This document shows, in pieces, positions 41,653 to 55,632 of a stretch of 64,000 nucleotides of DNA. The notes beneath the pieces were generated by a model. It had not been told where the DNA came from. It searched no databases and worked only from the letters and a program-made list of their open reading frames with translations. This stretch comes from Eledone cirrhosa (lineage: Eukaryota): contig OZ024749.1 in NCBI GenBank assembly GCA_964016885.1, positions 31,806,001 through 31,870,000 on the forward strand. Direction: 5' to 3'. Position 1 is the first letter of the stretch. Each line of letters starts with the position of its first letter. Made by a program: the position numbers and the translations under genes.

Positions 41653-42005
41653 GGAAGAAGAAGAAGAAGAAGAAGAAGAAGAAGAAGAAGAAGAAGAAGA
41701 AGAAGAAGAAGAAGAAGAAGAAGAAGAAGAAGAAGAAGAAGAAGAAGAAAGAAAAGTGGCAGAAGAAGAAGAAGGAGGAGGAGGAGGGTGGAGAAAAAAA
41801 AGTGGCAGAAGAAGAAGGAGGAGGAAAAGAAAGAAAAGTGGCAGAAGAAGAGCAGGAAGGGGGGGGGGGGGGGGGAGAAGACGAAGAAGGAGGAGAAGAA
41901 GAAGGAGATGGAGGAAAAGAATAAGAAGTAGGAAAAGAAGAAGAAGAAGAAGAAGAAGGGAGGAGGAGGAGGAAACGAAGAAGAAGAAGAAGAAAAAAAA
42001 GAAGA
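41653..42005 (+). repeat. (GAA)n and polypurine tract
   Basis: About 30 perfect GAA repeats followed by GAA/GGA-rich sequence. Confidence 0.95.
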
Positions 42006-42927
42006 TCACTAGCAATTATTATGACACCATCATCATCACCATCATAATCTCTATAATTTGAAACTATACCTCTTTTTTTTCGATATCTAAAGGACGTGTA
42101 AAATTCCTAAGTACATAATTCTATGTTATATAAAGAAAAGTGAGGGCAATGTCAGGTGTTGTACCTTGTCATCATTGTGACCTGGAAGTATATGAACTTA
42201 CTTTCTCTCTACATTTCTACTCATGACCTTAGCATACTTTATCACAAACATCACGACAAATTAATGAATCCTCACTGTCATTTTCAATATCCTTCCTTTT
42301 GAATATCGTGTCGTGTTGTGTTGTGCAGCAGCCCGTGGAAGCGTTCGGCGAATTAATTATAAAAATAAAAATTAACAAATTTTCGTATATATGATACTTA
42401 ACGTGTCGTATATAATACTTAATAATTGTTTCTACTTTTGGCACAAGGCCAGCAATTATCCCAGTGTATTTACTGGTACTTTATTTTATCGACCCCGTAA
42501 GGATGAAAGGCTAAGTTAACCTCGGCGGGATTTGAACTCAGATCATAATACTTAATAATGTTTTATGGTGTACAGACACAAATTAAAAGAAAACTTTGTT
42601 TTAAAATGTTTGCATTTAATCATTTTATTAATTTATGTATTATAATGGTACAGTTTATATTTTATATTTTCTAAATTCTAACTGAAGAAAAGTAAGGTTA
42701 CTGGCAAACTATATCCAATAATAAATGCTGCGGCCCTCTGGTATTTATGACCCAGTCAATGTGGCCCCCGATCCAAAAAGATTGCCCACCCCTGCTTTAG
42801 GTAATTGTACGTTTTTTTTTAAACTTCATTTCATATTTGTCCAATATACACCGTTTCTTAACTAGTGTACTTATGTACAGTCGTGTCTCTATTGCTATCA
42901 ACGCTTGTGACCAAATTAAGAGAGGGG

Positions 42928-43000
<73 letters not shown>

Positions 43001-43649
43001 TTGGGTTAGACGTGAACGTCAAAAGAATCGGAGTTAGTACGAGTCTGGTAATATATTTATCGGACCTGAGATAATGGAGTGGAGTGGTAAAAAAAACTGC
43101 CTGCCATTCCGAGTCCAAATAATGGCCTCGGTGCAATATTGAACTTCGGCTGGTCAATTCTGTGGAGAATATGCTGTTCTTTTTCTACGGATATTGTTTT
43201 CATCTGTTATTTAATTTTCTTTTTCTAAATAAAATTATATGGGGAGGAGTGGAGGCAAAATAAATGCAGATTTAACCTGTTAAGGACTGGAGACAGGGGA
43301 AATCTGAGCGACACACCAGGAACGCAGTTGGTTTAGTCACAAAACAATATGAAAGGTCCAATAATAAAAAAGAAAATGTGTATTATAACATAAATGAAAT
43401 ACCAGCCTATGGATCGTTCTGTACATATATGTCTGTCAAGACACAAACAAACAAATAATAACAATAATAATAATAATAATAATGATAATAGTACTAATAG
43501 TATGATTGGCGGTGGTGGTGGTGGTGGTGTTTATGGTGGTGGTGGTGGTGGTATTTGCCAGTTAATGGTATTGTCGCTACACACGGAATATCCAATTATG
43601 ATTAGCATATTCTTTTTCAGCAAGTCCGTATATGTATGTAGGTGGGGGT

Positions 43650-44700
43650 ATGAGTAGGTGTATATATATGTGTGTACACGTGAGTTTGTGTGTTTGCGTG
43701 TATGTATGAGTGTATGTGTAGGTGTATATATGTGTGTACACGTGAGCTTCTGTGTTTATGTGTATGTATGATTGTATGTGTAGGTGTATATATGTGTGTA
43801 CACGTGAGTTTGTGTGTTTGTGTGTATGTATGTGTATGTGTATATATATATGTGAGTACACGTGAGTTTGTGTGTATGTATGATCGTATGTGTAGGTGTA
43901 TATATGTGTGTACATGTGAGTTTGTGTGTATGTATGTATGTGTAGGTGTATATATGTGTGTACACGTGAGTTTGTGTGTTTGTGTGTATGTATGATTGTA
44001 TGTGTAGGTGTATATATATGTGTGTACACGTGAGTTTGTGTGTATGTATATATATATATATGTGTACACGTGAGTTTGTGGGTATGTATGATCGTATGTG
44101 TAGGTGTATATATGTGTGTACATGTGTGTTTGTGTGTATGTATGATTGTATGTGTAGGTGTATATATGTGTGTACACGTGAGTTTGTGTGTTTGTGTGTA
44201 TGTATGATTGTATGTGTAGGTGTATATATATGTGTGTACACGTGAGTTTGTGTGTTTGTGTGTATGTATGTATGTGTAGGTGTATATATGAGTGTACACG
44301 TGTGTTTGTATGTATGTATGATTGTATGTGTAGGTGTATATATGAGTGTACACGTGAGTTTGTGTGTTTGTGTATTTGTATGTATGTGTAGGTGTATATA
44401 TGTGTGTACACGTGAGTTTGTGTGTTTGTGTGTATGTATGTATGATTGTATGTGTAGGTGTATATATGTGTGTACATGTGAGTTTGTGTGTTTGTGTGTA
44501 TGTATCCGTAGGTGTATATATGTGTGTACATGTGAGTTTGTGTGTTTGTGTAGGTGTATGTATATGTAGGTGTATATATATGAGTACATGTGAGTTTGTG
44601 TGTTTGCGTGTATGTATGTGTATATATATGTGTGTACAACATGAGTTTGTGTGTTTGAGTGTATGTATGTATGTATGTGTAGGTGTATATATGTGTTTTA
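43650..44700. repeat. Complex tandem repeat, unit about 54-62 bp (gtaggtgtatatatgtgtgtacacgtgagtttgtgtgt...)
   Basis: About 18 visible units. Confidence 0.9.
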
Positions 44701-44774
44701 TAAAATAGAATATGATATATTTTCAGGTATTACTTGCTCTCAATACATTTACACGCCCACACATACACACACAC

Positions 44775-44884
<110 letters not shown>

Positions 44885-45079
44885 AATCATAGAGCTGCGG
44901 CGTTGCAAATGGGTTACATATGAAAAAGTTTGTCCTTCATCAGTGGTCTTCCAACCGTCATAGGCATTTCATCGCTTTAAAGACCATATACCTCAGGTTG
45001 GTGCGAGCAACGGCTAAAAAATGTCGTTGGGACACGTAAATAAAGGGGACGCTAGGGTAAACAAACAAAATGGTTTAAG

Positions 45080-45151
<72 letters not shown>

Positions 45152-45288
45152 TACGATATTAAACAAATGGAAACTATATTTATAAAACCATATTTATTTC
45201 ATTATACATATTTCAGGGATACCATATTAAAAATATGTATACAAATCCCCATACACGCATATATATATGCATATGTAAGTATACATAC

Positions 45289-45360
<72 letters not shown>

Positions 45361-45956
45361 GTATGTATACTTATATATATATATATATATACACGTATGT
45401 ATACTTACATATGCATATATATATGCGTGTATGGGGATTTGTATACACCCATAGAAATACACATGAATATACAAATATATATCAGTATATGTGTTTTTGT
45501 GCGTATACATACGCGCACAGCGTTTCCTTAGATTAGCTGATTACATACTAGCTGGTGACAACACACACACACTCACACACACACACACACACTGCCCCCC
45601 CCCCCCCCTCTCGTTCACTCTCCATCTCGGTCTCATTTTCTTTGACGAACGTCTATTTATATTTCCTTCCTCCCCGCATCACTATTGGCACAACCTTTCT
45701 GCAGCGTATCAAGTCCTGTTTCTACTCGTAAAACCTTTATTCATATTTGACTAATTTCTCCCTTTGTTTCCTCCCTGTCTCTGTATGGTTATGTTGTCCC
45801 ATCGTCGACTTCTTCAACCCGTCGTGCACCAGGTTTCAATATTACGCACCCACCTTTTTACACGAAATCACGTTGTCCAGGGGATGGCAGACTGGAAAGA
45901 TGGACGCTTTTGTTTGTTCGGTTTACGCTTTACGTTCGTAAGTTGTGCAACTTTGC

Positions 45957-46061
<105 letters not shown>

Positions 46062-46191
46062 ATATATATAGCAAAGTTGCACAACCCTTATTATTATATA
46101 TATATATTATATATAATATATTATATATTATATATATATGTGTGTATATATATATATATGTGTATGTATGTATATATGTGTATATATGGAG

Positions 46192-46380
46192 GGCGGTGTA
46201 TTGGCAGTATCGGTAGAGGGTCGGACGCCATGCTTTCTGGCATAGTTACGTCCCTTTACGATCTGAGTTCAAATCCCGCCGAGGTTGACTTTGCCTTTCA
46301 TCCTTACGGGGTCGATAAAATAAAGTACCAGTAATGCACTGGTTAATTGCTGGCCTTGTGCCTAAAGTAGAAACAATTAT
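46192..46380 (+). mobile_element. SINE
   Basis: Consensus match. Confidence 0.9.
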
Positions 46381-46653
46381 TATATATATATATATATATA
46401 ATAATAATAAGGGTTGACGGACCCAGCATATTTATCAATGCCAGTACCGGTTGTATCTCAGCGCACTCAATGGGCAATGTAAGATACATTACCAGAGTAT
46501 ACACATAGTTAATTGCCTCAACACAACACACGTATATATATATATATATGTATGTGTGTATATATATATGTGTATGTATGTATGTATGTATGTGTATATA
46601 TATGTATGTATGTGTATGTATATATATATATATATGTGTGTCGTATGTATGTG

Positions 46654-46700
<47 letters not shown>

Positions 46701-46770
46701 GACGTAAAATAAGAAAATTTCTTTAAAAAATTTTTTTTTTTTAAAATTAAGTTACTTACTTAAATTTTCA

Positions 46771-46850
46771 CTCCAACTAATTAGTTTCTGCAATGGGATA
46801 AAGACAGTTACGTAATGAACTGTTGAGAATTTCATTGCGTCATCAGGGAG
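46771..46850 (-). ncRNA. Hammerhead motif (family K)
   Basis: CTCC-CTGATGA-C GCAATG...CATTGC A-GAA-ACTAATTAGT-T-GGAG. Confidence 0.8.
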
Positions 46851-47628
46851 GTCATTCTCAGCCGAGTCTCCAGGCGATGCGTGGACACTGGGGACTCATA
46901 TAAAAATAATAATAATTCGGCAACTGGAACAGCTATCGAGGACTGGATTCCAGCCGCTGAAAATTCTCACTGCCACTGATCATATGGCCGAATCTAAAGA
47001 ATCAATCACGTGACACAGAGGCTAGTCAGTAGGACTGGGGTGGTAAGATGACAGACGCCTACTAACACCCCCCCAAAAAAATTTAGAAGTGGTTTTGGCA
47101 GGTTTGCTCGACAAATCAGTGATTTGGAGATAAATATAGATAATTTAATATATCAACTAACATAATATATATATATTGTTATACTTGGGGAGGGTCATAT
47201 TTGTGTAATATTGCCAGAATTAATAACAGAACACACTCACTGTTTGGTTGGTTTTCGCTTTTCGCTTCTGTGTCTTTTATATCGGCAATCTAATTTATTC
47301 GGTCCTCAATGTTGCCATTGACTGACCGACGGTCAAAAATAATACAGATACAATATAGACACAAACACATATATATAGTTTATCATAAATCTTTCGTTGC
47401 ACATCTGCAACATCGTCAGTGGTGCTATTGTTTCCTCCCGTTGCATTGTATGTCTACGCCATTTTTATTTAGTCTGTCTATATATTTATTTATTTATTTG
47501 CTTGTTTGTTTATTTTATTTTGTCTTCTTTGCGCATGCGCTTGCGTGTTTGTATAGTGTTTTGTTTGATGTGTTTGACGTTTCTGCCCTAGTAGACCCAT
47601 AAGAGGTAGACCCCCCACCATAACCTCA

Positions 47629-49080
47629 ATGGCAAAAAAGACTCCCATGGGAAGGTGGATTGGGTGGACCAAAGCTATACAGACCCCCCAAAACAATGAT
47701 CAGGTAAGAAAAATGGTCGCACATGCAATAGGGGCTAGTATCAAAACTACCCTAAAGGGCCACATATTTAAGTTCAACGAGAAGATCTACACCCAAAATG
47801 AGGGAGCAGCCATTGGCGTCAGCATAGTTGGTGATGTTGCCAACCTTTTCATGGTATGGTGGGAAAGGAGACTTAAAGATCTCCTTAATGAGAGCTCCAT
47901 AGACCTCATCATGTACTCTCGTTATGTAGACGATATCAATATAGTTATAAGAACATCCCCACTAGAGAGCACTAACAAGTTTGATTTAGAACGTAGCACA
48001 ATGGAAAGCATCCAGCAGATAGCTAATTCCATACACCAGAGTATAACTGTAACTATCGACTTCCCTTCCAAACACCCTAACAATAGACTACCTGTATTAG
48101 ACACGAAACTCTGGATTAACACTATAGACGAGAGAGCCCAAATTCTCCACTCACACTATGCTAAACCCATGGCCTCCAAATACCTGATACTCAAAAACTC
48201 AGCAATGTCCAGTAGTGCTAATTTTAATATTCTGATCGCAGATTTGGTACGAGTGATGAAGAATGTGTCCCGCATGTGCGACCCAACAGAAATGGAAAGA
48301 CACATCCAACACTTCATCAACCGCATGCAGTTCTCTGGCTACAACCAAAGAGACAGAGTCAGAGTATACGAAGGAGCCACGGAGAAGTATAAGACCCTCA
48401 TAGAACTGGACATGAAAGGAATTTGCCGATTATACAGGAGCAAATCATGGAATAGCTTAGATAGGGCTAGACATAAGATAGGGAAAGCCACCTCATGGTA
48501 CGACAACCAGAGATACCAGAGTGTCATGTTTGTGGACGCTACCCCTGGAGGGAAATTAGCTAACCAGTGTAGAAAGGCCCTGAGAAAGACCCATTTAAAA
48601 ATTAAGGTGGTAGAAAAGCCAGGAACCACCATAAAATCCCTGATCAGCAAAACCTACCCTTTTAAGAAAACCCACTGTACTAATAGGAAATGTATCACAT
48701 GTAACGTAAACCCCCGGATCAACTGTAAAACTAGAAACGTAGTCTATAGCATAAGATGTACAGAGGGTACTTGCAGAAACATGACAACAACATACATAGG
48801 TGAGACAGCTCGTAGCATAGATAAAAGGATAGACCAACACTGGGGGGAACTAAAAGGACGAAAAAACGGGTCAGTACTATACGAACATGCCAGACAACAA
48901 CACGACGGTAACATAGACAACATAGAAATTAGAATAATATCTAAACATAGAAATGACCCAGCAGATAGGCAAATCAGAGAGGCCAGTGAAATAGAACTTA
49001 GAAGGCCAAGACTAAACAGAAAGAATGAATGGAATAACAACAACACCCAAACAAACAACACTGACCTAAGAGAAATATAA
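47629..49080 (+). CDS. Penelope-like RT C-terminal half plus GIY-YIG endonuclease (truncated but uninterrupted)
   Basis: QxxGxAIG motif, YSRYVDDI, CTNRKCITC linker (Neptune-type CX4CX2C), VVYSIRC...YIGETAR...H, REASEI...LN. Confidence 0.92.
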   Translation: MAKKTPMGRWIGWTKAIQTPQNNDQVRKMVAHAIGASIKTTLKGHIFKFNEKIYTQNEGAAIGVSIVGDVANLFMVWWERRLKDLLNESSIDLIMYSRYVDDINIVIRTSPLESTNKFDLERSTMESIQQIANSIHQSITVTIDFPSKHPNNRLPVLDTKLWINTIDERAQILHSHYAKPMASKYLILKNSAMSSSANFNILIADLVRVMKNVSRMCDPTEMERHIQHFINRMQFSGYNQRDRVRVYEGATEKYKTLIELDMKGICRLYRSKSWNSLDRARHKIGKATSWYDNQRYQSVMFVDATPGGKLANQCRKALRKTHLKIKVVEKPGTTIKSLISKTYPFKKTHCTNRKCITCNVNPRINCKTRNVVYSIRCTEGTCRNMTTTYIGETARSIDKRIDQHWGELKGRKNGSVLYEHARQQHDGNIDNIEIRIISKHRNDPADRQIREASEIELRRPRLNRKNEWNNNNTQTNNTDLREI

Positions 49081-49309
49081 ATAAATAAATAAATAAATAC
49101 ATACACAAGCACAATAAGAACAAACACATATAAACACACACTAGTCACCCAATCACGAACACACATCAAACAAAACACTATACACACACGCAAACGCATG
49201 CGCAAAGAAGACAAAATAAAATAAACAAACAAGCAAATAAATAAATAAATATATAGACAGACTAAATAAAAATGGCGTAGACATACAATGCAACGGGAGG
49301 AAACAATAG

Positions 49310-49368
49310 CACCACTGACGATGTTGCAGATGTGCAACGAAAGATTTATGATAAACTATATATATGTG
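49310..49368 (+). ncRNA. Hammerhead-like motif in the Penelope 3' repeat; mirror copy at about 47365-47424 (-)
   Basis: CTGACGA-T GTTGCA GATG TGCAAC-GAA-AGATTTATGATAAACT-A; stem I poorly paired. Confidence 0.6.
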
Positions 49369-49732
49369 TTTGTGTCTATATTGTATCTGTATTATTTTTG
49401 ACCGTCGGTCAGTCAATGGCAACATTGAGGACCGAATAAATTAGATTGCCGATATAAAAGACACAGAAGCGAAAAGCGAAAACCAACCAAACAGTGAGTG
49501 TGTTCTGTTATTAATTCTGGCAATATTACACAAATATGACCCTCCCCAAGTATAACAATATTTGTTTCGACACACGATTTCATATAAAAAACCTCGCAAA
49601 ACTAATTCATCGCCGTTATATATATATATATATATTATATATGTATGTATATGTATGTATGAATGTATGTATATGTATGTATGTATGTATATGTATGTGT
49701 ATATATATATATATATATATATTTAATATATA

Positions 49733-49832
49733 AATGGCTTCAACAGGACTAGAACTGTTTCATTCGAGAGAAATCATCAGGGCTTTTCTGATGATTTCTC
49801 CCGAATGAAACAGTTCTTGTCGTGTAGAAGCC
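49733..49832. ncRNA. Family-A hammerhead, back-to-back on both strands
   Basis: + strand GGCTTTT-CTGATGA-TTTCTCCCGAAT-GAA-ACAG...GTGT-A-GAAGCC; - strand copy at 49733-49780. Confidence 0.75.
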
Positions 49833-49976
49833 ATTTCTATATTAAATATTTATTGAGTACCTTACTGTGGTTACCGCCAGATTGAAACCGGGATAAACAT
49901 ATATATGTGTGTGTGTGTGTATGTATGTCTGTATGTATATGTATGTGTGTATATATCTATGTATGTATGCGCATAA

Positions 49977-50081
<105 letters not shown>

Positions 50082-50610
50082 TGTGTGCATACATATGTAC
50101 GTTAGGGTTCTCGTATATAATGATTATGTCGGCGAATTGACAGTTAGAATATTTTGCGGTATACGTTTTGGCTCTCTTCTCTTTGAGTTCAAATCCCACC
50201 GATGTCAACTTTGACTTTTATTCATTCCAGGTCGATAAAAAACGTCCCAGTCTAGTATTGGTGTCGAATCTTCTTCTACATCTCTTTCCCACTTTCATTC
50301 TCTTACTCTGTATCATTCTCTGGGAGAAATCTGCTGTATTCAGACGTGGAGAGTAGATGGGCTCTGTCAGGTTTTAAAATGTCCTAGATTCACTGTATGT
50401 CAATACCCAGGCCTTACGACACTCTCAGGAGTTAGGGAACCATGCATGCTTGCATATAACGATCTTATTTTTGCTTTTGAAATATATTTGTTGTTGTGAA
50501 AGATTGGTCTATTAAATATAATTATAATAGTAAATATAATTTGAGATATATTGTCGGTGTTTGATTAGTTTCGCTATTTCTGTCTCGATACGTGGAGTGA
50601 TTATTGCAGA

Positions 50611-51293
50611 TCTATATATATATAAAACTGAGGTTGTCTGTCTGTATGTATGTATGTATGTCTGTCTGTATGTCTGTCTCTCTGTCTATCTGTCTACTAA
50701 AACGGTCGGCACACATCTCCGTACGTTCAAATTTCGGTGAAATTGCAACACTTATAGATGAAGGTCCGGCGGAGACATCGGTCAAAAAAATGTTCAAATC
50801 GACCCAAGCCAAGTGCAAAAATCGAATTTGTAATGTATTGATTTTTCAGTTCAAATATATAAATAGGGATGAGAGACGAGTTATTTCCCTTTTATGGCGT
50901 CATTTGTTTATCTATTTACGTTTCGAACAAACGCGAACAGTTTTCGGGCCAGCAAAATTTTAACCTGCAAAATTCATGAGCTCGAAGTTTCAACATTAAG
51001 CTTCCATTTTGCTTCATTGCCATTAAAAAGTCTTTTAAAACAATATTTTTACTTGAAAACAAGCCTAATTGAATACACCGTAAAACAAGCAAATATTTTG
51101 TAAAAAAAAGCATTGATCTATATATATAATCTCGAATAAAGCCGTATGAGATTTTCATTTTTGTTACCGCATGAAAGTCTACACTGTAGACTCTACAGTT
51201 TTTAAGCCAAGAAAGGAACTTAACATTGTAACTTTAACACAGCTACTGAGCAGCCCCGAGCAACGCCGGTCCTTATTGCCTGTGCAAAGCTAG
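50611..51293 (+). mobile_element. Non-autonomous Helitron
   Basis: A|TC 5' end, (TGTC/TGTA)n near the 5' end, subterminal GC-rich hairpin, CTAG|T 3' end. Confidence 0.75.
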
Positions 51294-51424
51294 TAATAAC
51301 GTACTTGTTAGGGAGATACAGCATGTAACAATGTGTGACAAAGATGGCATTTTATATTACAGGTACAACTCATTGTTTCTAGGTGGGTGAACTGGTGTAA
51401 CGTAAAATATGGTGTCTTGCTAAT

Positions 51425-51710
51425 GGATGCGTAGCCTAGTGATAAGGTTGTTGGACTTACGATCATAATGTCGTGGGTTCGATTCCTAGACTGAGTGGTT
51501 CGTTGTGTTCTTAAGCAAAACGTTTCATTTCACATTACGCCAATATAGTCAACCAAAAACGAATACCAGTAATAGCTGGGTCGGGGGTAACCCTGCGATG
51601 GGCTTGCGTCATGTCCAGTGGGGGAAGTCTTGTAATCGCAGTCGCTTAACGCTATAGAAACCGAGATAAGCACCAGCCTGATGAAGCTCTGGGCTCGTGA
51701 CAGACTTTAG
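51425..51710 (+). mobile_element. tRNA-SINE with a Meta-domain-like core; partial copy at 52165-52300
   Basis: A/B boxes, then ggggtaaccctgcgatgg...gtcgctt...gaaacc.agataagc...cctgatg; family name recalled, not searched. Confidence 0.6.
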
Positions 51711-53513
51711 ACATTTTTAATGGACACAAGACTCCGCTGGGAATCGAACTCTCGACATTTATAATACTATAATAACGCGAAGAACTACGATATATTGTGA
51801 AAATAATGATTTCTACTATAGGCACAATGCCAATAATTTAGTGGGAGGGGGAAATCGATTGAATCGACCCTACTACATTACTGGTACTTTATTTTATCGA
51901 CGCCGGTAGGATTTGAACGCAGACCGTAACGGGCCGTAACTCTGTGCCTCAAAGCATGTTGTCCGATGCTCTACCGATACTGCCAATCCGCCACCCTTTA
52001 TATTGTGAAATTAATCAAAATAGAAATAGCTACGTGTTTAACCCTGCGATGGACTTAAATATTTTTAATGGACGCAAGACTCTGCTGGGAATCGAACTCT
52101 CGACCTTTATAATTCTATAATAATACCAAGATCTACGATGTACTATGAACATATACAAAGCAGAAATAGCTGGGTGTTTAACCCTGCGATGGACTGGTGA
52201 CCTTGCCAGGGGTGTGTCTTGTACTCTCAGTCGCTTAACGCCACGGAAACAAGGAAAACACCTGCCTGATTAGGCTCTGGACTCGTGGCAGACTTTAGAC
52301 GTTTTTAATGGCACAAAACTCTACTGGGAATCGAACTCTCGACCTTTATAATACTATGATAATACTAAGAACTTCAATGTTTGTGAAAATTATCAAAACA
52401 TTGGATATATTTCGCCTAAGACTTTGCAGAAATTACTGAGAAATTTCAACTCTGATAATATCTTTTAACGGAGATGTCGTGATATGTATGTTTGTTGCTC
52501 TTATTGCTGTTGCTGTTACTGTTGTAGTTATTACTGTTGTTATTACTGTTGTTGTTATTACTGTTGTTGATGATGTTATAACTATTGTTGTTGTAGCTGT
52601 TATTGGTGTAGTTGTTACTGTTATATCTGTTGTTCTAGATACTGCTCTTTCCTCTATCTTGTTTGCTCCACCATTTTATATTTTCATCAATTTCCATTAT
52701 TCCACCTGCTCTCATCTCTCTCGCCCTCCCTCTCCTTCTCTATCTCCTCTTTCTCTATCTCTCCCTCTCCATCTATCTCTCTCTCTCTCTCACTATCTGT
52801 CTATCTCACTATCAGTATCTTTGTATGACTAAAGGCTAGGGGCATCTCAAAAACGCTACACAAAAATACATGCACACATATACACACATATATATATACA
52901 CACACAGACATACACACCATCCATACAAACATTCGCACACACATCCACACACATCTATACACACACAAGCACATATAGCAATACATACATTTGTAGACAC
53001 ACACACATACAATCGTACACACATACACTAAAAAGCATGCTCATAAACACACAATAACTATATTAATAGTTAGGTCGTTGGTTGAGAGATGCTGTGTAGT
53101 GATAAGATAAAATATGGTCTGTTTACTACTGGAAGGGTTAATGTTGCTCAGTATTATGTTGGGTGCAGAGCGCTGTGAGCGCTGGTGTGATGGGATCGTT
53201 CGAACATCAATCAAAATGCTTCGCAACATTTCGTTACCGTCATTTAGATAGTGCGTTCAAATCCAGCCAACATCAAATTTGATTCTTGATTTTCATCCTT
53301 CTAGGATCAATAAAACTAATTACTAGTCAAATATTGATTTCAGTATAATCGATTTCTTCCTACCAAAAACAAAAACAATTTGCTGTCTATTTGTGTATAC
53401 AGCTATGGCCTTTCTCATCTGATGATTCTGATGATTTCAGGGTTCTGATGATTCCGGGGTTCTCATGATTCCACTGTTACTTATGTAGATAGCTCATTAG
53501 TAGAGTTGTTTAA

Positions 53514-54210
53514 GGCGGTGGATTGGCAGTATCGGTAGAGAGTCGGACACCATGCTTTGCAGCATAGAGTTACGGCCATTTACGGTCTGAGTTCAAATCC
53601 CGCCGAGGTTAACTTTGCCTTTCATCCTTACGGGGTCGATAAAATAAAGCACCAGTAACGTACTGTGGTCGATTTAATCGACTTTCCCCTCACCCCAAAA
53701 TGATTGGCCTTGTGCCTATACTACAAATCATTGGTAGAGTTGTTTAATAAGCCATTACATGGGCAGTGTATTGGCAGTAATCGGTAGAGCATCGGACACG
53801 TTTTGCAGCATAGAGATGCGTCTCTTTACGTGCTGAGTTTAAATCCCGTCGTGGTTAGTTTTGCCTTTCATCTTTTACAAGGCCGATAAAATAAAGTACC
53901 AGAAACACACTGGAGTCGAATTATATGACTCCCCCCCCCCCCCCCCAACCCCCCAAAAATTATAGAAACAATTATCAGTGAGTGGTGGTATGGCAGAATC
54001 GGTAGGGCGGTGGACAAAATGTTTTACGGTATATAGTTACGACCCTTTACGTGCTGAGTTCAAATCCCGCCGAGGTTAACTTTACCTTTCATCCTTACGG
54101 GGATCGATTAAATAAAGTACCAGTAATGCATTGGTGTCGATTTTATCGAATTCCCTTCCCTAAAAATTGTTGGCCTTGTACTTAAATCAGAAAGCATGGA
54201 TTGGCAGTAT
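53514..54210 (+). mobile_element. Cluster of 3 SINE copies
   Basis: Consensus matches. Confidence 0.85.
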
Positions 54211-55358
54211 CTGTAGAGAAGCGAGCGATGCCCTGGGTGTGGTCTAAAACATTGGTATGCAGCTTCTTACTGAATTGAATGCAGTACAACCTACACAAAT
54301 ATCTTTGCTCCTCTGTAACAGACAGCTAGCAGAAATTTCTTTAGTGATTGGCTTTGAAATATTTAAAGCATTGTCCCCCGCAGTGTGGAAAGACACATAT
54401 ATATGCAGTAATTAGTAGCTGCAAGCTATTGCAATAAATGGCATCATCGTGTTAAACGTAAATTGTCTTTATTTAATTCCCGTTAGTCTTTTTTTTTTTT
54501 TTTTCTTTTTTTTTTTTTTTGCTGGTTCTTTTTTCCTCGAAAATTTGGAAACTATCTTAGTTTCCAAATATAAGAAAATATAGAAAAACATATACAATTA
54601 AAACATGCCCCTCTTTTCACATCAAGTTGTATGGAAAAAGTTTTCCCCCGTCTTTCACCAAAGATAATAAAAAAAAGTTACGAAAAAAAAAAAAAATTAA
54701 ATGTGGGTGAAATTTTTGCTGAAATTTTAATAAGATATTTTTACATTTGGAGAAACGCTTTTGCTGAAATTTTCAAGAAAAGTTTTGATAAAAGTTTTGA
54801 AATGCAAACACTAATTATCTTATTAAGATCTTTGGAACATTGCACACCTTCACTTTAAATTATGATATATATATACATACATATACATATATATATATAT
54901 ATGTGTGTGTGTGATGTGTATGTGTGTGTGTGTTTGTGTGTACTTGTCAACTCTCTTAGTTTCCTTATATTTATCTTCCTCTCTACCGTCACATGCAGTG
55001 TGCAGCCGAAACTAGTGATGATTTTTTGTGACTCTCCTTTCTGAGCTTTGACTTAACTCTATCGAGTTTTCAGACGTGTAAGGCAGCCAGAATGGTCCAT
55101 CGACAAAGGAGTTACATCTTTTCATACATCGTTCCAACTTTTGTTGACGAGTTTCAGGTCTGTGTCAATTTACTGTCTTCAGTTTATCTTGGGACACACT
55201 CTTCCCCTCTTTCCATGGGCTACCAATACAGAACGTGATTAGAAAATATCTTTTAATTTCAAAATATTCTGTTTTTGTAGTTTTCAGTCCCTCTGCCCAC
55301 AACATATATATATCTTCATCGTCATTATCATTTAACGTCTAACTTCCACGCTAGCATG

Positions 55359-55393
<35 letters not shown>

Positions 55394-55632
55394 AAAGAAT
55401 AGAGGTGTAACACACAAGTTATTATATATTGGTAAACGGAATAGAAAATGCTGACAAATTGTTCACAGTTGAAAAATGGTTTAATTAGGAATAAAAGAGT
55501 ATTAGTGATTGTATGGGTTAGTATTCAGTTGTGGTTTTAAGTTTTTAAGTTTTTACCGGTTGCGCATTTCTAAATGCTTTTCAAAAATAATTTTGAGATA
55601 GTGTCCGTGCTGTTTGCTCTGATCTATATATA

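Larger units (their letters stand above)
47172..49618 (+). mobile_element. Penelope-like retroelement, 5'-truncated, with an inverted copy of its 3' end (47172-47575 vs about 49160-49562)
   Basis: About 400-bp near-identical inverted arms; TA flanks; tail relatives at 26450-26640, 28065-28170 and 62240-62330. Confidence 0.92.

Noticed and set aside
41631-42061. K/E/R/S-rich ORFs
   Set aside because: (GAA)n simple repeat.
44930-45010. CTGATGA-AGGAC on the - strand (also at 59280-59350)
   Set aside because: A shared repeat family, but no downstream GAAA or stem III, so a complete hammerhead cannot be built.
53403-53422. Candidate terminal CCDC83 exon (A-MAFLI-stop after tacag)
   Set aside because: Phase-compatible but too short and without homology support.
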